Shown here: piece by piece, positions 1-11,391 of the stretch
Layout: the number at the start of each line of letters is the position of its first letter
Position numbering within the stretch: the first letter of the stretch is position 1
From: an uncultured Actinomycetes bacterium
GTDB lineage: Bacteria; Actinomycetota; Thermoleophilia; Solirubrobacterales; Solirubrobacteraceae
Direction: 5' to 3'
Assembly (NCBI GenBank): GCA_963794105.1
Contig: CAWCEB010000142.1
Span: forward strand, 75,577 to 139,576
DNA: 64,000 nucleotides
Notes under the pieces: model-generated
The model's input: the letters and a program-made list of their open reading frames with translations, nothing else
Told to the model about the DNA's origin: nothing
Databases searched by the model: none
Made by a program: the position numbers and the translations under genes

Positions 1-420
1 GCTGAGCAGCGCGTGGTCGGCGGCGACGAGCGCGTTGACGGTCAGCAGTCCGAGCGACGGCGGGCAGTCGATGAGGATGACGTCGTAGTCGCCCTCGACG
101 TCCTTGAGCGCCTTGCGCAGCGTCAGCTCGCGGCCCATCCGGCCGGCCAGCATGAGCTCCGCCTCGGCAAGCGAGAGATTCGCCGGGATGATCCCGTCGT
201 GCACGGCCTCGGACGCGGTGGCGCGGCCCGACAGCACGTCGCCCATGGTCGGCTCCGCGTCGGGCGTCGACGTCGAAGTAGTCCGACAGGTTGCCCTGCG
301 GGTCGAGGTCGACCGCGAGCACGGTGAGCCCGGCTCGCGGAACGCGTCGGCGAGCGTGCGCACGGTGGTCGTCTTGCCCGTGCCGCCCTTCTGGGAGAGG
401 ATCGCGATCTTGTCGGCCAC
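1..420 (-). pseudogene. ParA/Soj-family P-loop ATPase; 3' end runs off the window; frame broken twice as given
   Basis: Minus-strand GTG at 420 gives VADKIAILSQKGGTGKTTT (deviant Walker A). LTVLAVDLDPQGNLSDYFDV is readable only in a second frame (about 265-325). DYDVILIDCPPSLGLLTVNAL is back in the first frame. Confidence 0.8.
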
Positions 421-530
421 GCGGCTGGAGTGTATGGCGCACGATCGGAGGAGGCCGGCTCCCGCTGCCGGACCCCTCCGTTCCCCTCCTCCGTTCGCCG
501 GACATTCCCGGCGAGGGAGCTGGCGCGGCG

Positions 531-1105
531 TCAGCCGCGTCGGTCTCGCGGCGAAGCCTCGGTGGCCGAGACCTCCGTGCCGCCTCGAGGAAGTGCAGCC
601 GGTAGCGGCCCACGACGATCTCGTCGCCGTCGGCAAGGACGCGCCACTCGACCCGCTCGCCGTTGACGAACACGCCGTTGAGGCTGCGGTCGTCCAGGAC
701 GCGGACGCCGTCGGCCTGGCGCACGATCAGCGCGTGACGGCGCGACACGGTCGGGTCGTCGAAGCGGACGTCGGCGGCGAGGCTGCGGCCCACGCGCGTC
801 CACTCGCGCTCGAGGGCGACGAGCTGCACCTCGCCTGCCGTCGTCGTAGGCCAGGAACTGGCCCGGATGGTCGATGCGCTCGCGTGCCTCGGCAAGGACG
901 GCCGTCGCGCTCCTCGGCGAGCCGTCGGACGTCTTCCGGCGCTGAACCGGCCCCCAGCGAACAGCGAGGCGCGCGCAAACCGGGCACCGCCGCAGCCGGG
1001 GCAGGCGGGAAGCTCGTCCTCGGCGGCCAGCGTGACAACGTAGCCGCATTCCTCGCACCGGAAGGACCCGGTACCGGCCAGTGTGCCTGACGTGAGTGAC
1101 TCCAT
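531..1105 (-). pseudogene. Zinc-ribbon plus FHA-domain protein; linker only readable in another frame; 3' end uncertain
   Basis: ATG at 1105. N-terminus is MESLTSGTLAGTGSFRCEECGYVV..ACPGCGG (CxxC..CxxC). FHA core is WTRVGRSLAADVRFDDPTVSRRHALIVRQADGVRVLDDRSLNGVFVNGERV..GRYRLHF. Confidence 0.7.
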
Positions 1106-1325
1106 CTCCGCTCCCTCTCCGTGCGGCTCGGGCAACCGCGGGCAACCTAGCTTGTGACGATCATAACGACGGTGTCAATCGCCGGCCCTGCCTCAGCCTC
1201 CTGTGCAAACTGGCGTAGCTGGACCTGCTAGACGCTCCGCGTCGGAGTAACGATTACCCATTGTTCGGATCCGGCGAAACCCCGTTTGCAAGAGGAGCGG
1301 ACGTTTGTGCGCCGAATGCAGGGCA

Positions 1326-1589
1326 ATGTCGCGCGCGCAGCATCTCACCGAGTCCGACCTGGAGCGCGAGCTGCTGCGCAAGAGCGTCTCGCTGATGGAT
1401 GCGGGCCGCCATCGCTGCTGCGATTGCGGGCGCACGCCGCTGGTCGGCGAGCACGTCATCTCTATCGGCGCGGCGTGGTGGTCTGCGAGCTGTGCCGGGC
1501 ACTGCGCGCCGACGCCCCGGAGCGCACCGAGCTGGTGCGGGAGCGAGGGCCGCGGGGCCACCGTGCGCGTCCTGCGCACCGCCGCCTGA
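1326..1589 (+). pseudogene. Small Cys-rich hypothetical protein (CCDCG .. CELC); apparent compensating indel pair
   Basis: MSRAQHLTESDLERELLRKSVSLMDAGRHRCCDCGRTPLVGEHV continues as HLYRRGVVVCELCRALRADAPERTELVR in the frame of ORF 1286..1621. It then returns to the first frame and stops at 1589. Confidence 0.35.
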
Positions 1590-1633
1590 CCGCGGAGCGC
1601 GACGCACGGACCGCCGGGTAATCTCCCGGCGCC

Positions 1634-2172
1634 GTGGATCCCGTGCAGTCTCGGACGTCGTTCGCCGCGCCCTCGCGAGGAGGTCTTCGAGTACCTCGCC
1701 GACGTGGCCAACCACAGCGAGTTCATGGATCACTTCACCGAGGACTGGCACCTCACGCGCGAGGAGAGCTACGGCGCTCGGAGCGGGCGCGCGGTTCAAG
1801 GTCGACGTCCGCCCGGGCTCGCGCTACTCGTGGGGCGACATCACGCTGTCGAACGTCGAGCCGCCCAGCCGCATCGTCGCGCGCGGGCGCTACGGCAAGT
1901 ACAGCCGCACCCGGACGCTGCTGATCTGGGAGCTCGAGCCCGAGACCTCGGGCACGACCCGCGTGCGCCTCAGCTACGAGACCGAGCCCGGGATCCTGAG
2001 CGACCGGATCAACGAGGCCCTCGGCGGCCGCCGCTTCTGGCGCCGGCGCCTGCGCAAGTGCGCTGCGGCGCCTGCGCGCGATCCTCGAGGAGGACCGCGA
2101 GCGCGGCGCGAGCGACACCATCGCCGGCGGCGCTCGCAAGCCCGCACCGGCGCCGTTCACCGCTTCGAGTAG
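1634..2172 (+). pseudogene. SRPBCC/START-fold (polyketide cyclase-like) protein; read across three frames
   Basis: The pieces EEVFEYLADVANHSEFMDHFTEDWHLTREESYG and GAGARFKVDVRPGSRYSWGDITLSNVEPPSRIVARGRYGKYSRTRTLLIWELEPETSGTTRVRLSYETEP lie in different ORF-track frames. Confidence 0.5.
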
Positions 2173-2185
2173 ACTTCGCGCCGCG

Positions 2186-2742
2186 ATGCTCCGTCGCACG
2201 CTCGCTGTCGTCCTGTCGCTCGCGCTGGTCCTCGCACTGGCGGCCTGCGGCAACAAGCAGGACAAGACGCTCAAGGCCGAGACCGAGGGCATCTACATCG
2301 ACCTCGGCGAGATGAAGTACCAGGTCCAGATCTCGCGGCAGCTCAACGCCGCCGATCCGGAGGACAGCGAGTTCCTGCGCGGCGTGACCGACACGCTCGG
2401 CCCCGAGCGACGTCTGGTTCGCGGTGTTCGTGCGCGTCCAGAACGAGTCCGACAAGACCCAGCAGCCCGCGACGCAGTTCGACATCACCGACACCCAGGA
2501 GAACGAGTTCAGCCCGGTGGCGATCGACAAGGCCTCCAACGTCTTCGCCTACGGCCCGGTGTCCATCCCGGGCAAGGGCCTCCTGCCGAACGTCAATTCG
2601 GTCGCTGCGCAGACGTCGATCGAGCGGCGAGCTCCTGCTGTTCAAGATGCCCCGCGCGACGCTCGACAACCGCCCGCTCGAGCTCAAGATTCACAACCCC
2701 GACGACTGCCAGTCGGTCGGGACCGTCAACCTCGACGTCTAG
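2186..2742 (+). pseudogene. Secreted lipoprotein (DUF4352-like beta-sandwich, tentative); frame-shifted as given
   Basis: MLRRTLAVVLSLALVLALAACGNK has a lipobox (LAAC). It continues FVRVQNESDKTQQPATQFDITDTQENEFSPVAIDK.. in a second frame and ..LLLFKMPRATLDNRPLELKIHNPDDCQSVGTVNLDV-stop in a third. Confidence 0.55.
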
Positions 2743-4433
2743 CGGCCGCGTAGCGCTTCAGCCCGGCGATCGAGGACGCCGCGCGCCGCCGGCGCCGCCG
2801 TGTCGCCGCCCGCGCCGTTGCGACGAGCATCACGCAGACAGCGATCCGCGGCTTGCGCGCCGGGGCGAACGCGGTGAACCACGCGTCGGTGTCGTCCGTG
2901 CGGCTCGCCGAGTCCACGCAGCTCTCGGGGCGGGCGCCTGGCCGAGCTCGGTCGTCGCGGGCGCTGGTGGCGCGCACTTCTTGGTGGTCTCCAGCTCGGC
3001 GGTCCCGGTCTTGCCGGCGACGACGACGCCCGGGATCTGGGCGTTCACGCCCGTGCCGCCGTGGACCACCCCGACCATCAGGCGCCGGACGGTGTGCGCG
3101 CGATCTTCGGGGCCACGACGCGGGTGGTGGGCGCGGCGCGCCGGTTGTCGGGCAACGCGAGCGTCAGCGTCGGCTCGCGGCCTTCGAGCGCGATCGCCGA
3201 CGCCACGCGGGCCATCTGCAGCGTCGTCGCCTGGACGCGTCCCTGGCCGATCGCGGACGAGCCGACGGCGAGGTCATCGCCGATCTCCGCCGCGGGTGGG
3301 ATCGAGCTCGTCGCGGCCCCGGGGATGTCGGGCGGCTGGTTGAACCCGAACCGCTCGGCGATGCTGACGAGCCGCGTTGCCCCGAGCGTGGCGCCGAGCG
3401 GCGCGAAGACCGAGTTGCAGGAGTCGCGCGAAGGCCTGCGCGAGCGTGCCGCCGCAGTACTCGCCGTTGGCGTTCTCGAGCTTCACGCCGCTCAGCGTCG
3501 TCGCGGTCGCGAACGGGATACGTCGACTTCGGCGTGGCGACCTTCGCCTCGAGCGCCCCGGTCAGCGTGAGGATCTTGATCGTCGAGCCGGGCGGCTGCA
3601 GGCCGGAGAACGCGATCCCGGCGAAGGCGAGGATCTCGCCGGTGCGCGGGGCGCACCGCGACGACGCCGCCGAGGCGGCCCGCCAGCGCGGTGATCGCGG
3701 CGCGCTCGACGGCCGGCGAGATCGTCGTGCGAACGGGCTTCGCGGGCTTGGGCTCGGCGTGGGCCAGCACCCGCGAACCGGCGAGCAGATCCCCACCCGG
3801 ACGGCCGCCGACGCGCTCCTGGAGGAAGCGCTGCAGCCCGGACGTGCCGACCTGGGCATCGGCCGGGTAGCCGAGCGCCGTCAGCCGTGCCACGTCCTCG
3901 GGCGGCATCGGGCCGACGTCGCCGACCACGTCCGGGGCGATGTCCGGCAGCTTCGCGAACGGCGTGCCGTCGCGGGCGAGCAGCTCGGCGCGCGGCGGCA
4001 GCTTGGTCGTGCGACTCAGCTGCTCTCCAGCCCGGAGGCCGGGAAACGACATGTACGGGCGCCAGTCGACGCCGCCGTCGGAGGCCTTGAGGCTCACGGT
4101 GCCGTCGACCGCGCCGAATGCGTGCGTGTCCACGTGGACCGGGACCGCGAAGACGTCGTTCCCGCGGCTCTTCGCGCGCCCGATCGTCCATGTCCGCGCC
4201 GTCGACGTCATCCCGTTGCGCGCGTACGCGGCGCGGAACGCGGCGGCGCTGAAGCGACTGCGTGCGTCCGGGCTGAGGTGCCGGTACATCCCGGCCAGGT
4301 CGCCCTGCCGCCACGCCAGGGCGAAGCTCTTGGCGGCCTTCTCGGCCTTGCTCTCGTGCGTCGCGCCGCAGACGATCCCGACGCCGAAGGCGACCGCCCC
4401 GGCCGCGACGAGTGCCTGGACCCGCCGCGGCAT
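2739..4433 (-). pseudogene. Class B penicillin-binding transpeptidase with NTF2-like N-terminal domain; about 5-6 frame breaks
   Basis: ATG at 4433 (MPRRVQALVAAGAVAFGVGIVCG membrane anchor). Motifs GSTIKIL (SxxK), DSCNSVF (SxN) and AGKTGTAE (KTG) are spread over ORF-track pieces 3492..4820, 3164..3859, 3274..3486, 2830..3078 and 2726..2977. Stop at 2741..2739. Confidence 0.85.
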
Positions 4434-4496
4434 GCCCTTCCGTGCTCGCAGCCGTGCGCTCAACTCTGCGCTCAGGCTACCCGTAGCCTCCCGTCC

Positions 4497-5653
4497 TTGA
4501 CGGCCATCGACTGGATCATCGTCGCCTTCGCGCTGCTCATGGCGCTGCAGGGGCTGCGGCCGGGCTTCATCGTCGGGGCGCTGTCGCTCGCGGGATTCGT
4601 GGCGGGCGCGTTCGTCGGCACGCGCGTCGGGCCGCTGCTGCTGTCCGGCGGCAGCGCAGTCCCCGTACGCGCCGCTGTTCGGGCTGATGGGCGCCGTGCT
4701 CGCGGGCTCGGTGATCGCCGGCAGCCTCGAGGGCGTCGGGGTGCTCGTGCGCCGCAGGCTGGTGATCCCGGGCCTGGGCGCCGTCGACGCCGGGCTCGGC
4801 GCGGTGCTCAGCGTGCTCATCGCGCTCGGGCTTGGCGTGGCTGGCCGGCGCGATCGTGCTGCAGGCCCCGCAGGCCTCGCGCGACCTGCGCCGCGACGTC
4901 CAGCGCTCGGCGATCCTGCGCGGGCTCAACGACGTGCTTCCGCCCAGCGGCGTGATCCTCCACGCGCTCGCCCGCTTCGATCCCTTCCCGTCCGTCGACG
5001 GGCCGCAGGCGCAGGTGCCCGCGCCGACGGCGAAGATCGCCCGCGACCCGGACGTGCGGCGCGCGGCCGACGGCGTCGTCAAGGTGCTCGGATCGGCGTG
5101 CGGCCTGGGCATCGAGGGCTCGGGTTGGATCGCGAGGCCCGGCGTGGTGGTGACCAACGCGCACGTGGTGGCCGGCGAGGACGACACCGTCGTCCAGCTG
5201 CGCGGCGCCGGGCCCGAGCTGCGCGCGCACGCGATCGCGTTCGAGACGAAGAACGACATCGCGGTGCTGCAGGTGGACGGGCTCGGCGGCCGCGTGCTGC
5301 CGATCGCCGCCGACGCGCCGCCGGGCCGCAGCGCCGCGGTCCTCGGCTTCCCCCAGAACGGCCGCTACGACGTCCGCGCCGCGCGGCTGGGCGCGACGCG
5401 GCAGGTGATCAGCCAGGACGCCTACGGCCGCGGCCCGGTGACGCGCTCGATGCTCTCGCTGCGCGGCCTGGTGCGCCAGGGCAACTCGGGCGGACCGCTG
5501 GTCGACGGGCGCGGGCGCGTGGTGGGCACGGTCTTCGCGGCGGCCTCGGGAGGCCGCCGGCGAGGGCGGCTTTGCGGTGCCCAACGCCGTCGTGCGGCGG
5601 ATCCTGGCGTCGGCCGCACGGTGACGGTCGACACGGGTCCCTGTGCGGGGCTG
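4497..5653 (+). pseudogene. CvpA-type membrane domain fused to a trypsin-like serine protease (MarP-type); frame-shifted
   Basis: TTG at 4497 gives TAIDWIIVAFALLMALQGLRPGFIVGALSLAGF. The catalytic triad context is VVTNAHVV, NDIAVLQV, QGNSGGPLV. The C-terminus VDTGPCAG and the 3' end are approximate. Confidence 0.8.
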
Positions 5654-5669
5654 AGCTACGGTTCCCCGC

Positions 5670-7940
5670 GTGGCAAGACCCTCGTGATCGCCGAGAAGCC
5701 GTCCGTCGGGACGCGATCTGGCGCGCGTGCTCCCGGGCCCGTTCGAGAAGAAGTCGCCTGCCGGGCGAGAAGACCGAGCGCTCGCTCGAGGGGCCCGAGC
5801 ACATCATCTCGTGGGCGGTCGGCCACCTCGTCCAGCTCGCCGAGCCCGGACGAGTACGACGACAAGTTCAAGAAGTGGCGCATGGCCGATCTGCCGATCG
5901 TGCCCGCGAAGTTCAAGCTGGTCGTGCGCGACGAGCGCTCGCAGAAGCAGATGAGCGGTCGTCAAGCAGCTGCTGAAGCGCGACGACGTCGACCTGGATC
6001 ATCAACGCCTGCGACGCCGGCCGCGAGGGCGAGCTGATCTTCGCCTACCTGTACGAGAAGGCCGGCGCGAAGAAGCCCGTCAAGCGCCTGTGGCTGTCCT
6101 CGATGACCAACGACGCGATGCGCGACGGCGCTTCGCGACACCTGCGCGACGGCGAGGAGCTCGCGACGCTCGAGCAGGCGGCGCGGTCGCGCTCGGAGGC
6201 CGACTGGATCGTCGGCATGAACGCCACGCGCGCGGCGACGATCCGGCTGCGCTCGAGCTTCGACGGCGCCGTCTCGCTGGGCCGCGTGCAGACGCCGACG
6301 CTGGCGATCCTGACGCGGCGCGAGGAGGAGATCCGCGCGTTCGTGCCCGAGAAGTACTGGCTGGTCGACGCGAAGTTCGAGCCACCGACGACGGCCGCAG
6401 GTACGAGGGCCGCTTCCACGCCGGCGCCCAGCCGCGGATCACGAGCGCCGAGGAGGCCGACGGCGATCGTCGAGGCCGTCCGCGGCGAGCGCGGCGAGAT
6501 CACCAAGCTCGACAAGACGCGGCGCACCGAGCGCGCGCCGATGCTCTACGACCTCACGTCGCTGCAGCGCGAGGCCAACACCCGCTACGGCTTCTCGCGC
6601 GCGGCGCACGCTCGCGCGCCGCGCAGCGCCTGCTACGAGGAGCACAAGGCGCTCACCTATCCGCGTACGAGCTCGCGCTACCTGACCTCGCGACATGGTC
6701 CCGGACATCAAGCCGACCGCCGAGCGCGTCGGCCGCCACCGACGCCTACGCCAAGGCCGCCGCGTACGTGCACGGGCCTGGACCTCCTGCCGCTCGGCCG
6801 CGTCGTCGACGACGCCAAGGTCGGCGACCACCACGCGATCATCCCGACCAACGTCCGAGCACCCGCTCGCCAAGATGAGCGACGACGACCGCAGGATCTA
6901 CGACATGGTCGCGCGCCGCTTCCTCGCCGTCTTCCATCCCGAGGCCGAGTTCGAGAACACGCGCGTCGAGACGACGGTCGCCGAGCACGTCTTCCGCACG
7001 CGCGGCAAGGTGCTGCTCGTGCCGGGCTGGCGCGGCGTCTACGGCGAGCTGACCGAGGACGAGGCGCCGCCTCCGAGGAGGACGAGGGCCGCGACCAGCA
7101 GCTGCCCAAGCTCGAGAAGGGCGAGGCAGGTCGACACGCGCGAGGTCGCCTCCGACGAGAAGGAGACCAAGCCGCCGCGGCGCTACACCGACGCGTCGCT
7201 GCTGGGCGCGATGGAGACCGCCGGCAAGCTCGTCGACGACGACGAGCTGCGCGAGGCGATGAAGGAGTCCGGGCATCGGCACGCCGGCCACGCGCGCCGC
7301 GATCATCGAGCGCCTGATCGACGTCGGCTACGTCGAGCGCGACGGCCGCGCGCTCGTGCCGACCGAGAAGGGCATGAACGTCATCCGCCTGCTCGGCGAC
7401 CACACGCTGACCTCGCCCGACGCTGACCGGCGAGTGGGAGCACCGCCTCGCGCAGATCGAGGAGGGCACCGAGACGCGCAAGACGTTCATGGACGACATC
7501 GCGAAGTTCGCGGGGGCGACCGTCGGCGAGCTCGACGCCAAGCTCAAGGACGTCCGCATCCCGCGCGCGAACCTCGGGCCGTGCCCGGTCTGCGGCAACG
7601 ACATCATCGAGAACCGCAAGGGCTACTCGTGCTGGTCGCGCGAGGATCCGGGCTGCGGCTTCGTGATCTGGAAGTCCAAGGCCGGCAAGCAGCTCCCGGC
7701 GGCGGTCGCCAAGGAGCTCATCGCCACCGGCCGCACCGCCAAGCAGGTCACCGGCTTCAAGGGCCGCAGCGGCCGCTCGTTCCGCGCGAAGCTCGCGCTG
7801 ATGCAGAACGAGGAGGGCCGCTGGCGCGTCGAGTTCGACGAGCCGTGGGCCAAGGAGGGCGCCAAGCCGCCCGACGAGGAGACCCCACGCCGGCCGCGCC
7901 CGCCGAGGGCGAGGCGCCCGCGGAGACGACTGCCGCGTAA
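5670..7940 (+). pseudogene. topB: DNA topoisomerase III (type IA) with C-terminal zinc ribbon; at least 5 frame breaks
   Basis: Motifs seen: KTLVIAEKPSVG, ISWAVGHLVQLAEPDEYDDKFKKWRMADLPIVP, GRVQTPTLAIL, LTYPRTSSRYL (active-site Tyr context), CPVCGNDIIENRKGYSCWSREDPGCGF. Pieces are in ORFs 4832.., 6103.., 6695.., 7489.. and 7356... Confidence 0.85.
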
Positions 7941-7952
7941 CGCTGCGGTCGA

Positions 7953-8406
7953 CTAGATCACGGCGCTGCCGGCCTCCGCGCGTTCGGCGTCCGCCGCCTG
8001 GCGGAGCTGCTCGAAGCGCACGATCCGGCCGCCGGCGCCCCAGAAGCCGTCGGGCACCTCGTGGACGATGACCCAGACGCGCAGCGCGTCGGCGTCCCCG
8101 AGCCCGGCGGCTTCGCTGACGAGCCGCGCTGAGCTCCTCGACCAGCCCGGCGCGGCGGCGGTCGCTCAGCGCGCCGACGGGAATCATCACGTCGACGATG
8201 AACTGGCTGTCCTGCGCGGGCCCGTCGGCGGTGTAGGCGCCGCCCTCGTCGAGCTCGTGGAAGTGGACCCACGCGATCTCGCGGAAGAACGGCGCGTCGG
8301 GCGCGCCCTCCCAGCGCAGCATGGCTTCGGCGATCCGGGGGGCGAGCTGGGCCCGGCTGTCGGCGGCGATCGCGCCGGCGGTGAAGGTGACGTCGATCCT
8401 GGGCAT
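7953..8406 (-). pseudogene. Tautomerase (4-oxalocrotonate tautomerase-like) family protein; frame-shifted
   Basis: The start is MPRIDVTFTAGAI (Pro at position 2, typical of tautomerases). The C-terminal part (..WVIVHEVPDGFWGAGGRIVRFEQL..AVI-stop) is in another frame. Confidence 0.5.
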
Positions 8407-8455
8407 GGACAGATGCTGTCAGGCCGTCGGCCCAAGATGCGACCCTCAAGGGAGA

Positions 8456-11391
8456 TTGCCCCTCACCCTCGTCACCGGTCCGGCCAATGCCGAGAAGGCC
8501 GGCGTCGTCCTCGACGCCTACCGCGAGCAGCTCGCTCGCGGCGCCGAGCCGATCCTCGTCGTCCCGCGCTTTGCGGACGTCGAGCACTACCGGCGCGAGC
8601 TCGCGGGGGGCGGAGCGGTGTTCGGCGTGCGCGTCGAGCGCTTTCGCGGCCTGATCGCGGAGCTCGCGCGCCGCGCCGGGCTGGCGGGGCGCCCGGTCGG
8701 CGCCCTGGCGCGCGAGCGCGTGGCGATCGCCGCGATCGCCGCCACGAGGCTCACGCGGCTCGGACCCGCCGCGAGGACCCCCGGCTTCGCCGCAGGCGTT
8801 CGTGCGGCTCGTGGCCGAGCTCGAACAGCAGCGCGTGGATCCGCCGCGGCTGGCGCAGGCGCTGAAGGTGTGGGCTCAGGACAGCGAGGCGCGGGGCGCG
8901 TTCGCGGGCGAGCTGTCGGCGCTGGTCTTCGCCTACCGCGAGGCGCTGGAGCGCCTCGGCCGCCGCGACGAAGAACTGCACACCGCGGCCGCCCTCGACG
9001 CGATCCGGCTCGATCCGCATCGCTGGGGCGCCACGCCCGTGCTCTTCTACGGCTTCGACGACCTGACGCCGCTGCAGGTCGACGCCGTCGAGACGCTCGC
9101 CCGCCATGCGCCGGTGACGCTGGCGCTGACCTTCGAGCCCGGCCGCGTCGCGTTTGCCGCGCGCGCCCAGTCGCACAACGACCTGCTGCCGCTCGCCGAC
9201 GAGGTCATCACGCTCGACGGCCGGGCTGACCACTACGAGCATGCCGCGCTGCATCACCTCGAGCGCAACCTGTTCGAGGTGGATCCGAGCCCGGCCACCC
9301 GCCCGGATGCCGAGGGCGCGGTCGTGATGCTGGAGGCCGGCGGTGAGCGAGCCGAGGTCGAGCAGGTCGCCGCGCACGTCGCACGGCTGATCCGCCACGA
9401 GGGCTACGCGCCCGAGGACATCGCGATCGTGTGGCGCGAGCCGCAGGACGCCGCGGCGCTGACCGAGCAGGTCCTGGCGGCCTACGGGATCCCGTACGCG
9501 CTGACGCGGCGGGTGCCGCTCGGCCACACGGCGCTCGGCCGCGGGCTGATCGCGCTCGCCCGGTGCGCCGAGGACGACGCCACGGCCGACGACCTGCTGA
9601 CCTGGTTGCGAACCCCGGGCTTCCTGCGCCACGCGTGGCTGGCCGACGACCTCGAACAGGAGGCGCGCAAGACGGGCGCCCGGACGGCGCAGGCCGCGCG
9701 CGAGCTGTGGGAGGAGCGCCATCCGACCTTCCCGCTCGAGGCGATCGACGAGGTCCGCCGCGAGGCGCAGCGCGGCGCTGCAGCGCTCTGCCGACGGCTC
9801 GCGCGCGAGGCGCGCGCGGCTCTTCTCCGCGCCGTTTGCACGCGAGGCGCCGGTCTTCACCGGCGCCGAGCGGCTCGACGCGCGCGTCGCGGCGATGGCG
9901 CGCCAGACCCTGGAGGAGCTCGGGCGCCTGGCGCAGGCCGATGCGGCGTTGGCCGGCTCGGGCGAGGATCTCCTGCGCACGCTCGGCGAGCTCGAGCTGT
10001 TCGTCGGCGACGATCCCGGGCCCGGGCGCGTCCAGGTCGCCCGCCCACAGGACCTGCGCGCGCGCCGCGTCCGGGCGCTCTTCATCTGCGGGCTCAACGA
10101 AGGGCGTGTTCCCGCGGCCCGCGCGTCCCGACCCGTTCCTCGGCGACGACGATCGCCACGAGATCAACGTCGCCACCGGTCTGCGGCTGCGCCATCACGA
10201 CGACACGCTCGCGACCGAGCGGCTGTTCTTCTACGCGGCCGCCTCGCGCCCGACCGACCTGCTCGCGCTCAGCTGGCATACCGGGGACGACGACGGCAAG
10301 CCGGCGGTGCGCTCGTTCTTCGTCGACGACGTCGCGGAGCTGTTCGCTCCCGAGCTGCTCGAGCAGCGCAGGCGCCGCGGCCTGGGCGCGGCGGGCTGGG
10401 ACGGCCGCCGATGCGCCGACCGCCCGCGAGGCGCGCCGCGCCGCGGCCGCTGCGCGCGGCGACGCAACGCGTGAGGCTGAGCCGATCGGCCCGCTGCTCG
10501 ACCCCGAGGTGCTGCGGTCGCTCAACGAGCGCGAGTCGTGGTCGGCCTCGGCGCTGGAGACGTGGCGGGCATGCCCGGTGCGCTGGTTCGTCGAGCGCCA
10601 GCTGAACCCACAGGGCCTCGAGCCCGATCCCGAGCCGCTGGTGCGCGGGACGTTCGTGCACGAGGCGCTGGAACGCGTGTACGCCGGCCTGCCCGGCGGA
10701 CGGCTCGGTCCGGACGAGCTTCCGGCGGCTCGCGCCCGCCTGCATGAGGCGCTCGCCGAGCTGGAGGGCAAGCACCGCATCTCCGTCGACCCCGACCGCT
10801 TGCGCGCCGAAGTGCGCCGTGTCGAGGCCGACCTGATCCGCCATCTGGAGTACGCGGCGCACGACGACAGCGCCTACGCGGCGCGCGAGCTCGAGCTGGT
10901 CTTCGGCGAGGACGAGGGGAGCCTGCCGCCGGCGCGAGCTGGGCGGAGGCGAGCTGATGCTGCGCGGCCGTATCGACCGCGTCGACGTGGGACCCGAGGG
11001 CGCGATCATCCGCGACTACAAGGGCCGCAGCCCCGTCGACGGCGCCGAGAAGTGGCTGGCGAAGGGCAAGCTCCAGATGGGCCTCTACGTGCGAGCGGTG
11101 CAGCAGCTGCTCGAGCTCGACGTCGTCGGCGGGCTGTACCAGCAGATCGGCGGCGAGGAACCGCGGCCGCGCGGGTTCCTGCTCGACGGCGTCGACGAGG
11201 ACGTGAAGCTCTCGCTGCGCGACCGCATGGCGCCGGAGCAGGCCGAGACGCTGCTGGCCGAGATCGAGGCAGCCGCGCTGGAGGCCGTGCGCGAGATCCG
11301 AGCGGGCCGGCTCGAGCCGCGCCCCGAGACCTGCGGCTGGAAGGGGGACGGGTGCAGCTATCCCTCGATCTGCCGTTGCGCGCGGTCGTGA
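8456..11391 (+). pseudogene. addB: AddB/AdnA-like helicase-nuclease subunit (degenerate P-loop, PD-(D/E)XK nuclease with Cys cluster); about 5 frame breaks
   Basis: LTLVTGPANAEKAG sits in place of a Walker A motif. The nuclease part has ..ASALETWRACPVRWF.., GRIDRVDV..IIRDYK, and C-terminal ETCGWKGDGCSYPSICRC. The stop overlaps the addA start (GTGA at 11388). Confidence 0.75.

Noticed and set aside
104-1090. 328-aa plus-strand ORF at the left edge
   Set aside because: It is antisense to the ParA and FHA genes, whose P-loop and FHA motifs are clear on the minus strand. The product is low-complexity.
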